From Albugo candida (taxonomy: Eukaryota), in assembly GCA_040437565.1 (NCBI GenBank), contig JBDOQK010000064.1, positions 170,145 through 190,144 on the forward strand: a stretch of 20,000 nucleotides of DNA, written 5' to 3'. The translations under genes and the position numbers were made by a program. Numbering within the stretch: position 1 is the first letter of the stretch; each line of letters starts with the position of its first letter. Positions 1 to 8,764 of this stretch are shown piece by piece. The notes beneath the pieces were generated by a model, which was given only the letters and a program-made list of their open reading frames with translations, did no database searches and was not told where the DNA came from.

Positions 1-1013
1 TGGCCTTCATTGATCATCAAAATATCATCAAATAATTCGACGACTTCAGGGGTGGGTTGTAATAGAGCTATGACAGCAGACCCGCCCAATGTTTTGGCCC
101 AAGTACGTACTGACTGGATAATATCATACGTTGCCGCACTGTCTAAACCCGTCGATATCTCATCACAAAGGAATAAACTCTGACCCCCAACGAGCATTTC
201 ACCCACAGTCACACGTTTCTTTTCACCGCCACTAACACCACGAAGTAAAGCATCACCCACTACTGTGTCTGCACAATTATTTAGTCCAAGAATCTGGATG
301 AACAACTCTGTGCGAAGTGCTGCAATATCGCGCAATTCCTCTGGCTGGCTCTCTGGGAGTCCATTCATGCAAAGATCTGCAAACTTGAAGGTTTCTCGAA
401 CCGTTAATGTCGGGATATGAGTGTCATTTTGATCCACTAGACCCACCAATTTGATCAAATCGATTTCATCCGCGCGCAAACCCGAATACAAAATCTCTCC
501 GCCAACCCGCGTAGTGCTTGTATTCCGTACTTTACCAGCAAGAGCCTTCAAGAACGTCGATTTTCCTGCGCCAGGATTGGCCAAAACTAGTGTCATAGAT
601 CCAGGCTTGATGATTCCAGTCATTGGATGTAACACTTCTTTCTGTACGGTTTGCGGTTTTTGCCAAGGTACCAAAAGTCGCCGAAGATGTGAGCCCACAG
701 TGGATTTACCGCCACCCTGAGAAGGCAAGGGAACTTGAACGGAAAACGAGAGATTCTCAAAACGCACTTCAGGAGTCGGTAACTGTAGATTGATTTTGTT
801 GGATAGGTGGTTATATTTCTTATAGAAACGTTCCAGACCTCCCGAGAGCATTTGATCGACATTTTCGGCTCGTAGTGTACTATATCGCGAAGCAAGATCA
901 TCCTCTTCGTGACGTGAGTAAGGATCTTGGATGCTGCGAAAGTTTAGCGATCGGTAGACTTCCGGTACTTCTGACTCCTCCTGTAGCAAGACGACTTTTT
1001 CATCCGAAGTCAT
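1..1013 (-). CDS. Full-size ABCG/PDR-type ABC transporter, N-terminal part (NBD1); continues beyond window position 1
   Basis: Manual translation from ATG 1013: MTSDEKVVLLQEESEVPEVYRSLNF...LPTPEVRFENLSFSV...LHPMTGIIKPGSMTLVLANPGAGKSTFLKALAGK (Walker A)...HIPTLTVRETFKFA...LGLNNCADTVVGDALLRGVSGGEKKRVTVGEML (signature)...LFLCDEISTGLDSAAT (Walker B)...IALLQPTPEVVELFDDILMINEG. Open to the window edge, so missed by the ORF track. Confidence 0.96.
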   Translation of the reverse strand, partial: MTSDEKVVLLQEESEVPEVYRSLNFRSIQDPYSRHEEDDLASRYSTLRAENVDQMLSGGLERFYKKYNHLSNKINLQLPTPEVRFENLSFSVQVPLPSQGGGKSTVGSHLRRLLVPWQKPQTVQKEVLHPMTGIIKPGSMTLVLANPGAGKSTFLKALAGKVRNTSTTRVGGEILYSGLRADEIDLIKLVGLVDQNDTHIPTLTVRETFKFADLCMNGLPESQPEELRDIAALRTELFIQILGLNNCADTVVGDALLRGVSGGEKKRVTVGEMLVGGQSLFLCDEISTGLDSAATYDIIQSVRTWAKTLGGSAVIALLQPTPEVVELFDDILMINEG

Positions 1014-1110
1014 GGGTGTAGTGTGATTGGCCCAAAACCGACAAGTGGTAAGTTATGAAGTGAAATGAAGGATCGTTTTGTCGAAAAGTGAGAAGTTTGA
1101 AGAGTGAGTG

Positions 1111-1124
1111 AAAAGTTCGAATGA
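1111..1124 (-). promoter_or_regulatory. Oomycete INR+FPR core promoter element for the ABCG gene
   Basis: Minus strand reads TCATTCGAACTTTT, matching the oomycete INR/FPR pattern TCATTYBNNNWTTY, about 100 nt upstream of ATG 1013 and followed by a pyrimidine-rich leader. Confidence 0.6.
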
Positions 1125-2083
1125 TTGAGGTTATCGACTGTATAAAAGTTATTCCTCAGTAAAGCGTACGGTCAGAGAAACTCTGATAAATAAAGGACAG
1201 GACAGGATGGGCGATATATCATAAACAGCTGCTGTCATACCGAGACTCTACCAATAGCAAAGACTCAACAACTAGTCATATCTCCCACACAATTTTAGAT
1301 ACTCTGATCGGACGCCCTTTGTTCGGATAGCTCTTCACGCACTCCTATAACATATGTATACAAACGGTATAGTTCAGCGTGAGCATGCCTGAAAGGGCAC
1401 TGCATTGATATTGCGAGCACCGTTACTCTATACACTACGAGACATAGAGAACGCATACTTTTCTTGCGCTAGGGCTGTTTCTTGCAGAATCGACAGCGTG
1501 TAACAATAAGTGCAGTATTCAGTGCTCCTACTCTCTCTAGTAAAATCACGACTAGCAGTATCGCATAACCTCATCAAAAAAGGCATATCACCCGTAACAG
1601 TCGACTGGTCCTCAAATGCACACGCTAGCGTAAAGCAGCCACAGCATGTGGTGTTATGATTTTAGCGCACATTCTTACTACATAGTGCATCTTGAAAAGC
1701 TTTTTCAGATCTGTTTTATTGTACGCATAACCGTCTCAACGCTACACAAAATGAGGGTATTCTGCTGCCGATGCGTATAAACACGTTTTTTTTTGTTTCT
1801 ATACTATATCCAAGTGGTTCTGCGACACGCACCAAAATTCCCGACAGAAGACGCCATCTTCGGAGATGAGCGTGCGTCAGCCCGTTTACACAACAGCTTC
1901 ATAAAAATCCACAAATGCAACAGTGATACCGATTACACTCACCCCGCGCAATGTTGAAATATCACGGCAAGACTCCGACAAGAATCGGACAAATCGCGGA
2001 ATGAAAAATCCAAGAAAGACACCGTTGATATTCACATAGTACTATCGACATACTTGATTTTATCAAGACTGAAGCAGTCGGAA

Positions 2084-2401
2084 ATGCATTTCTTTATCGT
2101 TTATCTATCGTGCGCCATCTTTCGTGCAATGGCACTTCCTCCCACAAGCGTCCAGCCCCGAGGGTTCAATTCGAGTGATACAAGTCCCGTGAGTATCAAT
2201 GAGTCAAATTCAAATCAATCAGTCACTCCAGCAACTGCGACCGTATCCATCATAAAACAGAACGAGTTTAACATTACAAAGAGCCGATTGATTGTCGGCA
2301 GTATCTCAGACATGTACAAGCAACTGCCAATGCAACTCATGAGAGGGACCACACAACTCTTGGATTTCTTATGGTCCTCAAAAGTGTCTGGTAAAGATTG
2401 A
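2084..2401 (+). CDS. Candidate small secreted glycoprotein, 105 aa
   Basis: From ATG 2084: MHFFIVYLSCAIFRAMA|LPPT looks like a signal peptide (hydrophobic core, A-M-A cleavage site), then a Ser/Thr/Asn-rich region with four N-x-S/T sequons (NSS, NES, NQS, NIT). No overlap with other genes; converges on the AN1 gene 74 bp away. No recognised family. Confidence 0.5.
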   Translation: MHFFIVYLSCAIFRAMALPPTSVQPRGFNSSDTSPVSINESNSNQSVTPATATVSIIKQNEFNITKSRLIVGSISDMYKQLPMQLMRGTTQLLDFLWSSKVSGKD

Positions 2402-2475
2402 GGCCATTGCCAGTTTGAGTTCTATAATAGTAATATCATTGTCTTGATTGGCCATTGATTTCGTTTGCATCACTT

Positions 2476-3327
2476 TCACATGACAATGCATTTACTGTCT
2501 CCTCGATCTTGCTTTTTACTCGCATGTACCCTCCCAGCAATTCTGTGAGTGCTGGACTCATGGTCAAGTCGAGTCGATGCATTTGGAAATACTGCATTAC
2601 AGTGACGACACACGTTTCCGCCTATCTCACGCGATGCAGCTTCCGAGTGTCTACGTCCGTTATTCACTTCATTACTTCGTTCCGTCGCTTTTGCGCCCGT
2701 CAGTGTTGAGGATCGATCGATTTCTGGGTGTTTTGAGTTTACATGCGCTATTAATTGAGATACATAAGCAAAAGACTTTTCACAAATTGGACACTTTTCT
2801 TCCGTTTTGACACTTGTTCGCAACACAGAATTTATGGTCTCTTTGGACTGCTGAATGATTGTGCTGGCGGTAAAGTTTGTTTGCTTTTTGGAAGTAAATC
2901 GAACATTCCGGTTTTGTGGTTTCCTACAAAGGTGATCATTAGGGAACCGATGTGCCAGACAAACGATCTGAGAGCACGTTGTGCACTCAAATCGGTTGGA
3001 TGGTCCAATCACAGTTCGACACTGCAACGCGGCACATCGAACTTTCTTTTTTTTTGATAGACGGTCTCCCGAGATCGCCACACAATCGCCACACAAAGTA
3101 TGAGCATTCCAAACTTGGTCAATGTCCTGATCAGGGGTCCAGTCAATCAACTTTTTGCAAATGGGACATTCGAACACGCGCTGATCGTTTTGTTGAACGG
3201 ATGTACACGAATGAGACGTATACGAACGATGATCGAGACAAAAAACGGAATGACAACAGTCACATTCAAACGGTAAGAAGTCGATTTGGCTACAATGAGT
3301 AACGGAGCAATGTTTTCCGACGTCCAT
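2476..3327 (-). CDS. AN1-type plus C2H2 zinc-finger protein (ZFAND2/AIRAP-like, plant SAP11/13-like architecture), about 283 aa
   Basis: Probable start MDVGKHC at ATG 3327 (the ORF-track upstream extension begins at a non-ATG codon and is not domain-like). AN1 finger 1 HCSVTHCSQIDFLPFECDCCHSVFCLDHRSYTSHSC; CPIC...WNAH...DC module; AN1 finger 2 RCAALQC...FECTTCSQIVCLAHRFPNDHLC; C2H2 fingers CPICEKSFAYVSQLIAHVNSKH and CRHCNAVFPNASTRLDHESSTH. Confidence 0.9.
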   Translation of the reverse strand: MDVGKHCSVTHCSQIDFLPFECDCCHSVFCLDHRSYTSHSCTSVQQNDQRVFECPICKKLIDWTPDQDIDQVWNAHTLCGDCVAISGDRLSKKKKVRCAALQCRTVIGPSNRFECTTCSQIVCLAHRFPNDHLCRKPQNRNVRFTSKKQTNFTASTIIQQSKETINSVLRTSVKTEEKCPICEKSFAYVSQLIAHVNSKHPEIDRSSTLTGAKATERSNEVNNGRRHSEAASREIGGNVCRHCNAVFPNASTRLDHESSTHRIAGRVHASKKQDRGDSKCIVM

Positions 3328-3519
3328 AGCGGGCCGTGTTTTGTGTGATGCAACCTTATATGTGGTAATTTTTACTGTGTAGTCATACACAAGTATAGTA
3401 CTGGCACTACTAGTAGCCAGAATCCACGATACTGATGCAGCCACAAAAGGGATCAAACTTCTATGTGAGCCCATAATTAGCGTAACAATTCTTACAGAAT
3501 GCACATTTACACATTTTTT

Positions 3520-5535
3520 TCATCGAGAAGTATCGTTTGTTGAAGATGATTGGACAAAATTCTTCTGTATCCCTGTCGGCATAACGCGCGGCTGCTCTTT
3601 ACTACTTTCGTCATTCCGATCGATTGGAGTGTTCTGATGGAGCGAATGACCATTTGTATTTGCGTATATTGTGGGGATACTTTGGTATTGTCCGTGAAAG
3701 TTATTGATCAGATCCTGCTGGTTCTTATAAATCGATGATAAGCTGATGGGATTCGTGGCCATGTATCCTGGTCGAATCGGCGGGTGAGGAGGCGCTGAAA
3801 GACCATTCTGATGGGGTATCTGCTGTGCTTGTAGAATATCTTTTTCTCTCTTCAGTTGAATTTTACGTTCTAGCTTTTTCCGTGACACATCATCCTGATG
3901 TTGCTTGAGCTTCTCATTCAATACGCTCAACACGTTTGCATAGCTCGTGAATCCCAAGTTTTTCATTCCATCGATCACGTCAGCCCCATTTATATTTACT
4001 CGGAGCTTATTCATCGCTGCATGTCCGGCTGCTTCACTTGTCAAGTAGAGGATGAACTCTGTGACACATTCTTGCATCAGAGTAACAGCATCTGCATCAA
4101 AGTTGATTGATGATGTCTCCGTACAAGTTTTTAGCTTCTTTCTTGAGGGAGGGTTGTGTTCCTGTGTGTCATTTCTCGCGCCGGTGAGATCAAAGGCTCT
4201 TCGCATAATTTTGCTGATTGACTTTATTGGAAAATAAAACCGATCTTCTGCTTCTACAGCGTACTTGCAGCTGCGAGACGACAGATCAACATCGTATAAT
4301 TTTTCCATGTTTGGTGTTGATATACCGACAGTCGCAACGTTTCGATCCGGATGATGCTGATTCGGATACAAATTAGATGATGGTTTCCAGGTCGATAATG
4401 CTGTATTAGCGCTTTTCGATTTCTTGGGTTCCTCCTGTACATCACTTCTGATTGCTAAATGATGCGGCTTTTGCTGAAGAACAGGCGCATTTGGTTGTTG
4501 TGATAAGCTTTGATTCTGTTTTTTTGCAAGTTGCTGATTGATCTGCGTATTCTCTATTGGCAGATCTCTTGTGATCAGATTCAGTGCCGATTTCGGAGCT
4601 GCCGTATTTGTGCAATCACTCAGCAATTTCGACTTGAGAGCTTCAAATGCGTGTCGTTTCGCCTCATTCAGATAAGTTAGAGACTGATTCAGCGGTTCCT
4701 TCCCAACTTTCGGGTCTATGTTTGCATGTCCAGCATGTTGCAAAATCAGGTATTTGAGTCTCCCCATCGCGTGTTCCCATTTAACATTCAACTCCTTGGA
4801 CGAAATCTCACTGAAAATCTTCTGTTTCGTATGTAATAGCAGTTGAAATTCTCGCAGAGCCAGCTTGATTAGCGCGATATCAGAAGAGCGTTTGGACCAA
4901 ATTGACATTCGATTGATTGCTTCATTCATATCCTCTCGTGTGCGCGCTAAAGCGAGTTGACAGCATACATGCGCTAAACTTTCGATTTCATTTTTTGAGT
5001 TGGGAAATTGAGTCAATAATTTCCACGATTTTGAAGCCTCCGAATCGAGTACCTGCTGAACCCGCACTTGCTTAGATTCCGATTGAAGTGCTTCTGATCG
5101 AAGCTTTGTATGACCATTCTCTTCTTGACACGTTTCATTCTTCAAGATTTGTGCTTTTTGAGCTGTGGTAGAAGTAATCCCGTGCTCGATGTTGGTAGCT
5201 CTCTTCTGGTCAATAGATGGGCTTCTTGTAGCAGCCTTTGAGAACCCAACTCGTGAATCTTGATTTGAAATATGATTTTCATTGGATTGAGCATCAGAAA
5301 TACCATCTGAATGGACCGATATGGACGGAGAAAAGGAGATTTGATGGGTATGGGAGGGCGAAGCTGAACCGCGATTGCATCTTTTTATGGGGTTGAAGGG
5401 TGTATTTGGTCTATCTACAGCATCAAGCAACACAGGTTGTATCGACGCATCGTTATTGCTACTCTCTTCAAGCATGGAAGCGCGCGTATCGGTGCCATTT
5501 GTATCTTCGTTTTCCCTCCTTTTCTCTTTATCCAT
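3520..5535 (-). CDS. Long protein (about 671 aa) with an NF-YB/Dr1-class histone-fold domain
   Basis: Histone fold at about 3904..4248: EDRFYFPIKSISKIMRRAF...FDADAVTLMQECVTEFILYLTSEAAGHAAMNKLRVNINGADVIDGMKNLGFTSYANVL, aligning by eye with the NF-YB core (LPIANVARIMK...DAKECVQECVSEFISFITSEA...KTINGEDILFAMSTLGFDSY). First in-frame ATG is MDKEKRR at 5535. Flanks are mostly low-complexity Q/N/P/S-rich. Confidence 0.85.
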   Translation of the reverse strand: MDKEKRRENEDTNGTDTRASMLEESSNNDASIQPVLLDAVDRPNTPFNPIKRCNRGSASPSHTHQISFSPSISVHSDGISDAQSNENHISNQDSRVGFSKAATRSPSIDQKRATNIEHGITSTTAQKAQILKNETCQEENGHTKLRSEALQSESKQVRVQQVLDSEASKSWKLLTQFPNSKNEIESLAHVCCQLALARTREDMNEAINRMSIWSKRSSDIALIKLALREFQLLLHTKQKIFSEISSKELNVKWEHAMGRLKYLILQHAGHANIDPKVGKEPLNQSLTYLNEAKRHAFEALKSKLLSDCTNTAAPKSALNLITRDLPIENTQINQQLAKKQNQSLSQQPNAPVLQQKPHHLAIRSDVQEEPKKSKSANTALSTWKPSSNLYPNQHHPDRNVATVGISTPNMEKLYDVDLSSRSCKYAVEAEDRFYFPIKSISKIMRRAFDLTGARNDTQEHNPPSRKKLKTCTETSSINFDADAVTLMQECVTEFILYLTSEAAGHAAMNKLRVNINGADVIDGMKNLGFTSYANVLSVLNEKLKQHQDDVSRKKLERKIQLKREKDILQAQQIPHQNGLSAPPHPPIRPGYMATNPISLSSIYKNQQDLINNFHGQYQSIPTIYANTNGHSLHQNTPIDRNDESSKEQPRVMPTGIQKNFVQSSSTNDTSR

Positions 5536-5638
5536 TGCAATGATTGCAGCGATGTACCGTACCCAGCATATTAGAAGAGAATGCAGCTTGCCATTCGACA
5601 AACGCTCTGGCAAATTTCTAGCAAGTAAATATAGCTAT

Positions 5639-5682
5639 TCTGATTGATTGATATTCTTAGCTCGGTTTCTGACTGGTTGAAA
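5639..5682. promoter_or_regulatory. Two imperfect CCAAT-box-like elements upstream of the NF-YB-like gene
   Basis: TCTGATTGATTGATA (5639..5653) and TCTGACTGGTTGAAA (5668..5682) each differ by one core base from the oomycete-style TYTGATTGGYYRAA element, 100-150 bp upstream of ATG 5535. Confidence 0.3.
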
Positions 5683-5715
5683 TCCTAAAAAACACATGCT
5701 ACCTTCCTGCATCGT

Positions 5716-6813
5716 TTATTTCCGATGGCGCTTCGAGTGACGCAGATACGAGTGATGATGATATGTGTGCGCAGTATGATGAAAGTGAGTATCATGTGGA
5801 TGCACTTGATACGGATCGGTGAGGTTACTTCTTTCTTCATCGACGGGTTTCAAAGCGTATAACGCATTATCAGTGTTGTAGTCGGCGGAAAGCATGTTAT
5901 GTGGCCGTTTTTGCTTTGATTTGATGGTGACAGAGCAGCTCTTTTCTTCTTCTCGCTCAGAACTAGAGCTTCTACGATTTACAAAGCTTGTTCTCTTCTT
6001 TTCCTTTGCTTTTACCGCCGTGGTGCAAGACGTTACATCCACGCTTTGAAGTAACTCGTCGCTCTTTGAAGACCGTGCTTTATCATTATTCACGTCTGAT
6101 TCTGTAAAGAGAGCATCGCTGTTCTCTATGCGTATAGAGTCCATATCCACAGAAGATAAATTCAATACTGAACTCACTTTTTGCCTTTTTGCTGCAACTG
6201 AGTCGCCCATAATGTCGTTGCAAGCATTCACCATCTCATTTTGACAATGTTCCTTTCCATCAAAGTAGGATTCTTCTCTTCTTTCCTCCATTTTCCTCTT
6301 TTTAGAAAGTAATTCAGCTGAATGACAATTGTCGTACATCGTGGTCGTAGCTTCCTCGCTCCATCTTTTGTCCTTTTCTTGAGTCGTTGAAATCGAAACA
6401 CTTCCAATTCTTTGACATAAAGTCATTGGAGATTGTAAATTTTCCTTTTTTTGCGTCTCTACTTCGCAACCATTTTTTGTATGGGGATCTACTTTCTTAA
6501 TGTCATGACGAGACTGCATCTTACGAGTCAATTCCAATATCGCTTCCAGTGCATCCAGACCTTGTTTCCTCAATTGAGCAATTTCTTGCTTTACAATTAA
6601 CGCGCGGCTCGCATCGTCTCGAGTCATTTGAAATTTAGCCATCACCCGTTCCACTTCCTGCGGTGACGGTTGAGATATAGAGCCAACAATACGATGTAGT
6701 AGTTGTCGAACTGCTACATCACGTTCTATTCCTTCTTGTAATAAAACTTCGAATTCCTTCTTCACAATCTCACGAAACGTGGCTTGTGCTGACATAACTT
6801 TACTGCTCTGCAT
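5716..6813 (-). CDS. Uncharacterised protein (about 365 aa): helical N-terminal repeat/UBA-like region, charged low-complexity middle, His-rich C-terminus
   Basis: Long uninterrupted ORF, first ATG at 6813 (MQSSKVM). Amphipathic helical N-terminus, basic NLS-like clusters (SKKRKM, AKRQK, KEKKR, SKRHRK), and 11 His in the last 28 residues. Confidence 0.8.
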   Translation of the reverse strand: MQSSKVMSAQATFREIVKKEFEVLLQEGIERDVAVRQLLHRIVGSISQPSPQEVERVMAKFQMTRDDASRALIVKQEIAQLRKQGLDALEAILELTRKMQSRHDIKKVDPHTKNGCEVETQKKENLQSPMTLCQRIGSVSISTTQEKDKRWSEEATTTMYDNCHSAELLSKKRKMEERREESYFDGKEHCQNEMVNACNDIMGDSVAAKRQKVSSVLNLSSVDMDSIRIENSDALFTESDVNNDKARSSKSDELLQSVDVTSCTTAVKAKEKKRTSFVNRRSSSSEREEEKSCSVTIKSKQKRPHNMLSADYNTDNALYALKPVDEERSNLTDPYQVHPHDTHFHHTAHTYHHHSYLRHSKRHRK

Positions 6814-7198
6814 CTTCAAATTATAACTTTAAAATGCGTGATATCCAAAAATCTCGCAAGCTTTTCTGATCTTCTAATACCGTAATTTGACAAATAATCC
6901 GATGACGATTGAAGAGTAGAGTGAATTTCGGTCCGTTTTCGTATAACAAATGTCGCAACTTCTTCGGGTACGTGTTTCTGGAAGTGACAATAAAAGACTT
7001 TACTCTCTTCTCTGATGAATGCTGTAAATATAAATCAATTTACAGCAGGTGGATGCTCCAGTTGCGGAATCTTTGCTTCGATAAAGAGGCTTTCTTCGAA
7101 TACTAAAACGTTTTTACAATTATTTTGTTGAACGCGGTAACACGACATAAGATAGGGTGTTTAGTCCACACTACATTCATCAAATATCCTAGCTTTAT

Positions 7199-7344
7199 GT
7201 ATGCAGCACAAATGTGTCAAGNNNNNNNNNNNNNNNNNNNNNNNNNNNNNNNNNNNNNNNNNNNNNNNNNNNNNNNNNNNNNNNNNNNNNNNNNNNNNNN
7301 NNNNNNNNNNNNNNNNNNNNNGTATGCAGCACAAATGTGTCAAG
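7199..7344. other. Assembly gap (100 N, 7222..7321) flanked by an exact 23-bp duplication
   Basis: GTATGCAGCACAAATGTGTCAAG at 7199..7221 and 7322..7344, directly abutting the gap. Confidence 0.93.
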
Positions 7345-7395
7345 GTGATCTTCTAGACGACCAGAGCCCTTTGAAGCAGACTTCCTATAATAAGA

Positions 7396-7960
7396 ATGGT
7401 GAATCGTGCAGGTTTGAATTCCCAACAGCCTGAAAAGAAAGTATACGAACGACCAGGAATCACGCAAGATGAAATTGAAGAGATCCGAGAAGCATTCAAT
7501 CTTTTCGACACGGACGGAAGCGGTACCATAGATCCGAAAGAACTAAAATCCGCCATGCAATCGCTGGGATTTGAAGCAAAAAATCAGATTATTTATCAGA
7601 TGGTTGCAGATATTGATAAAGATGGCTCAGGCAATATCGATTTTGATGAGTTTCTGGATATGATGACTGCGAAAATGGTAAGAGAAAGACCATCGGAATA
7701 GTGCTCAGATTGATGAGACAGTGTTATTTCAGAGTGACAAAAACACACGAGAAGATATACAAAAAGTTTTCACGCTGTTCGATGATGATCAAACTGGGAA
7801 AATTACATTGCGGAACTTGAAGCGTGTCGCAAGAGAACTTGGAGAAACAATGTCGGATGCGGAATTACTGGAAATGATTGAACGCGCAGATACTGATCAA
7901 GATGGGGAAATTAAGCCCGATGAGTTTTATGCTATCATGACAAGACAAACATTCACATGA
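7396..7960 (+). CDS. Centrin/caltractin (EF-hand protein), 169 aa, two exons join(7396..7677,7733..7960)
   Basis: Spliced product ...[153 protein letters not shown]: four EF-hands and the centrin hallmark [11 protein letters not shown]. The two ORF-track fragments join in frame through a GT-AG intron. Confidence 0.96.
7678..7732 (+). other. 55-nt phase-0 spliceosomal intron in centrin
   Basis: Donor ATG|GTAAGA, acceptor TTATTTCAG|AGT; removal restores the conserved MTAKM-SDK linker. Confidence 0.93.
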
Positions 7961-8764
7961 GTGCTAGAAACATGATCTATGACGACACAGTGTCGATACA
8001 GATAACCTCAGATAATGTGCATATAATCAAGTACTAGTACAGGACTATGTAATTGTGAAATATCAGTTATCAATCACAAGGAGTACATATCAATGCAGAA
8101 AAGTTTCGCTCACTATGATGTTCAATCAACGCGGCTGCGGTAGTACCCGATTTGAACACGTACGAAACAACAAGAGCCGCAGCTCTATGCAGATGATTAT
8201 TTCGCACGCTAAATTCGTCCTAGATTCGATCATAACCTCGAGTATGATTTTGATCAGGTTGACGAGCTCTAAGGAAAGGCGTAGAGGCGCGTTCTAAGCA
8301 ACTTACCGCGAAGTGATCGAGATTTTTCGAGGAAGATCGTTGGGCGCTACCGCCTAAAAGACTGTGGACTAGCAAATGACTCAACAATAACTTGTGTAGG
8401 GATATAACCTTGCTAAATTCATCCAAGTATAGATTTTGAATGAAGGGATTTCTTCAACCCCGCATAAACATTGACGCAGTGCTCGAAGCGCTTAAAACAA
8501 ATCGTGATAAGTATCTACTTGAGGTGGATAAGTTAAAAGTCAAATCTTCTTCCGTATCCTTCCTTTCATTATCGAGATAACACTTTCTGATGTATTGCTC
8601 TCATTTGTCTGCTTGAATGCTATATGCCGATTTTGTTCTTGTTTCCTGTCAGGCCCTCGTATAAAATCATCCGATAATGGTTGAAGATTCGACCATTCAA
8701 CAGTGGCTTCAAATGTATAAGATACACTACCACGTGTGGATAGATATGAACCTGGCTTTCCCTC

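Noticed and set aside
451..901. ORFs 451..720 (+) and 620..901 (-)
   Set aside because: Antisense or alternate-frame shadows of the ABCG transporter CDS.
3328..3504. Hydrophobic 59-aa N-terminal extension on the AN1 protein suggesting a signal or TM segment
   Set aside because: Begins at a non-ATG codon 16 bp from the upstream gene's stop; AN1/AIRAP-type proteins start right at the MD.GKHC motif. The in-frame ATG at 3474 cannot be fully excluded.
7125..7556. ORFs spanning N runs or antisense to centrin (also the X-containing ORFs at 8964..9344 and 19440..19715)
   Set aside because: Artefacts of translating through gaps or shadows of real genes.
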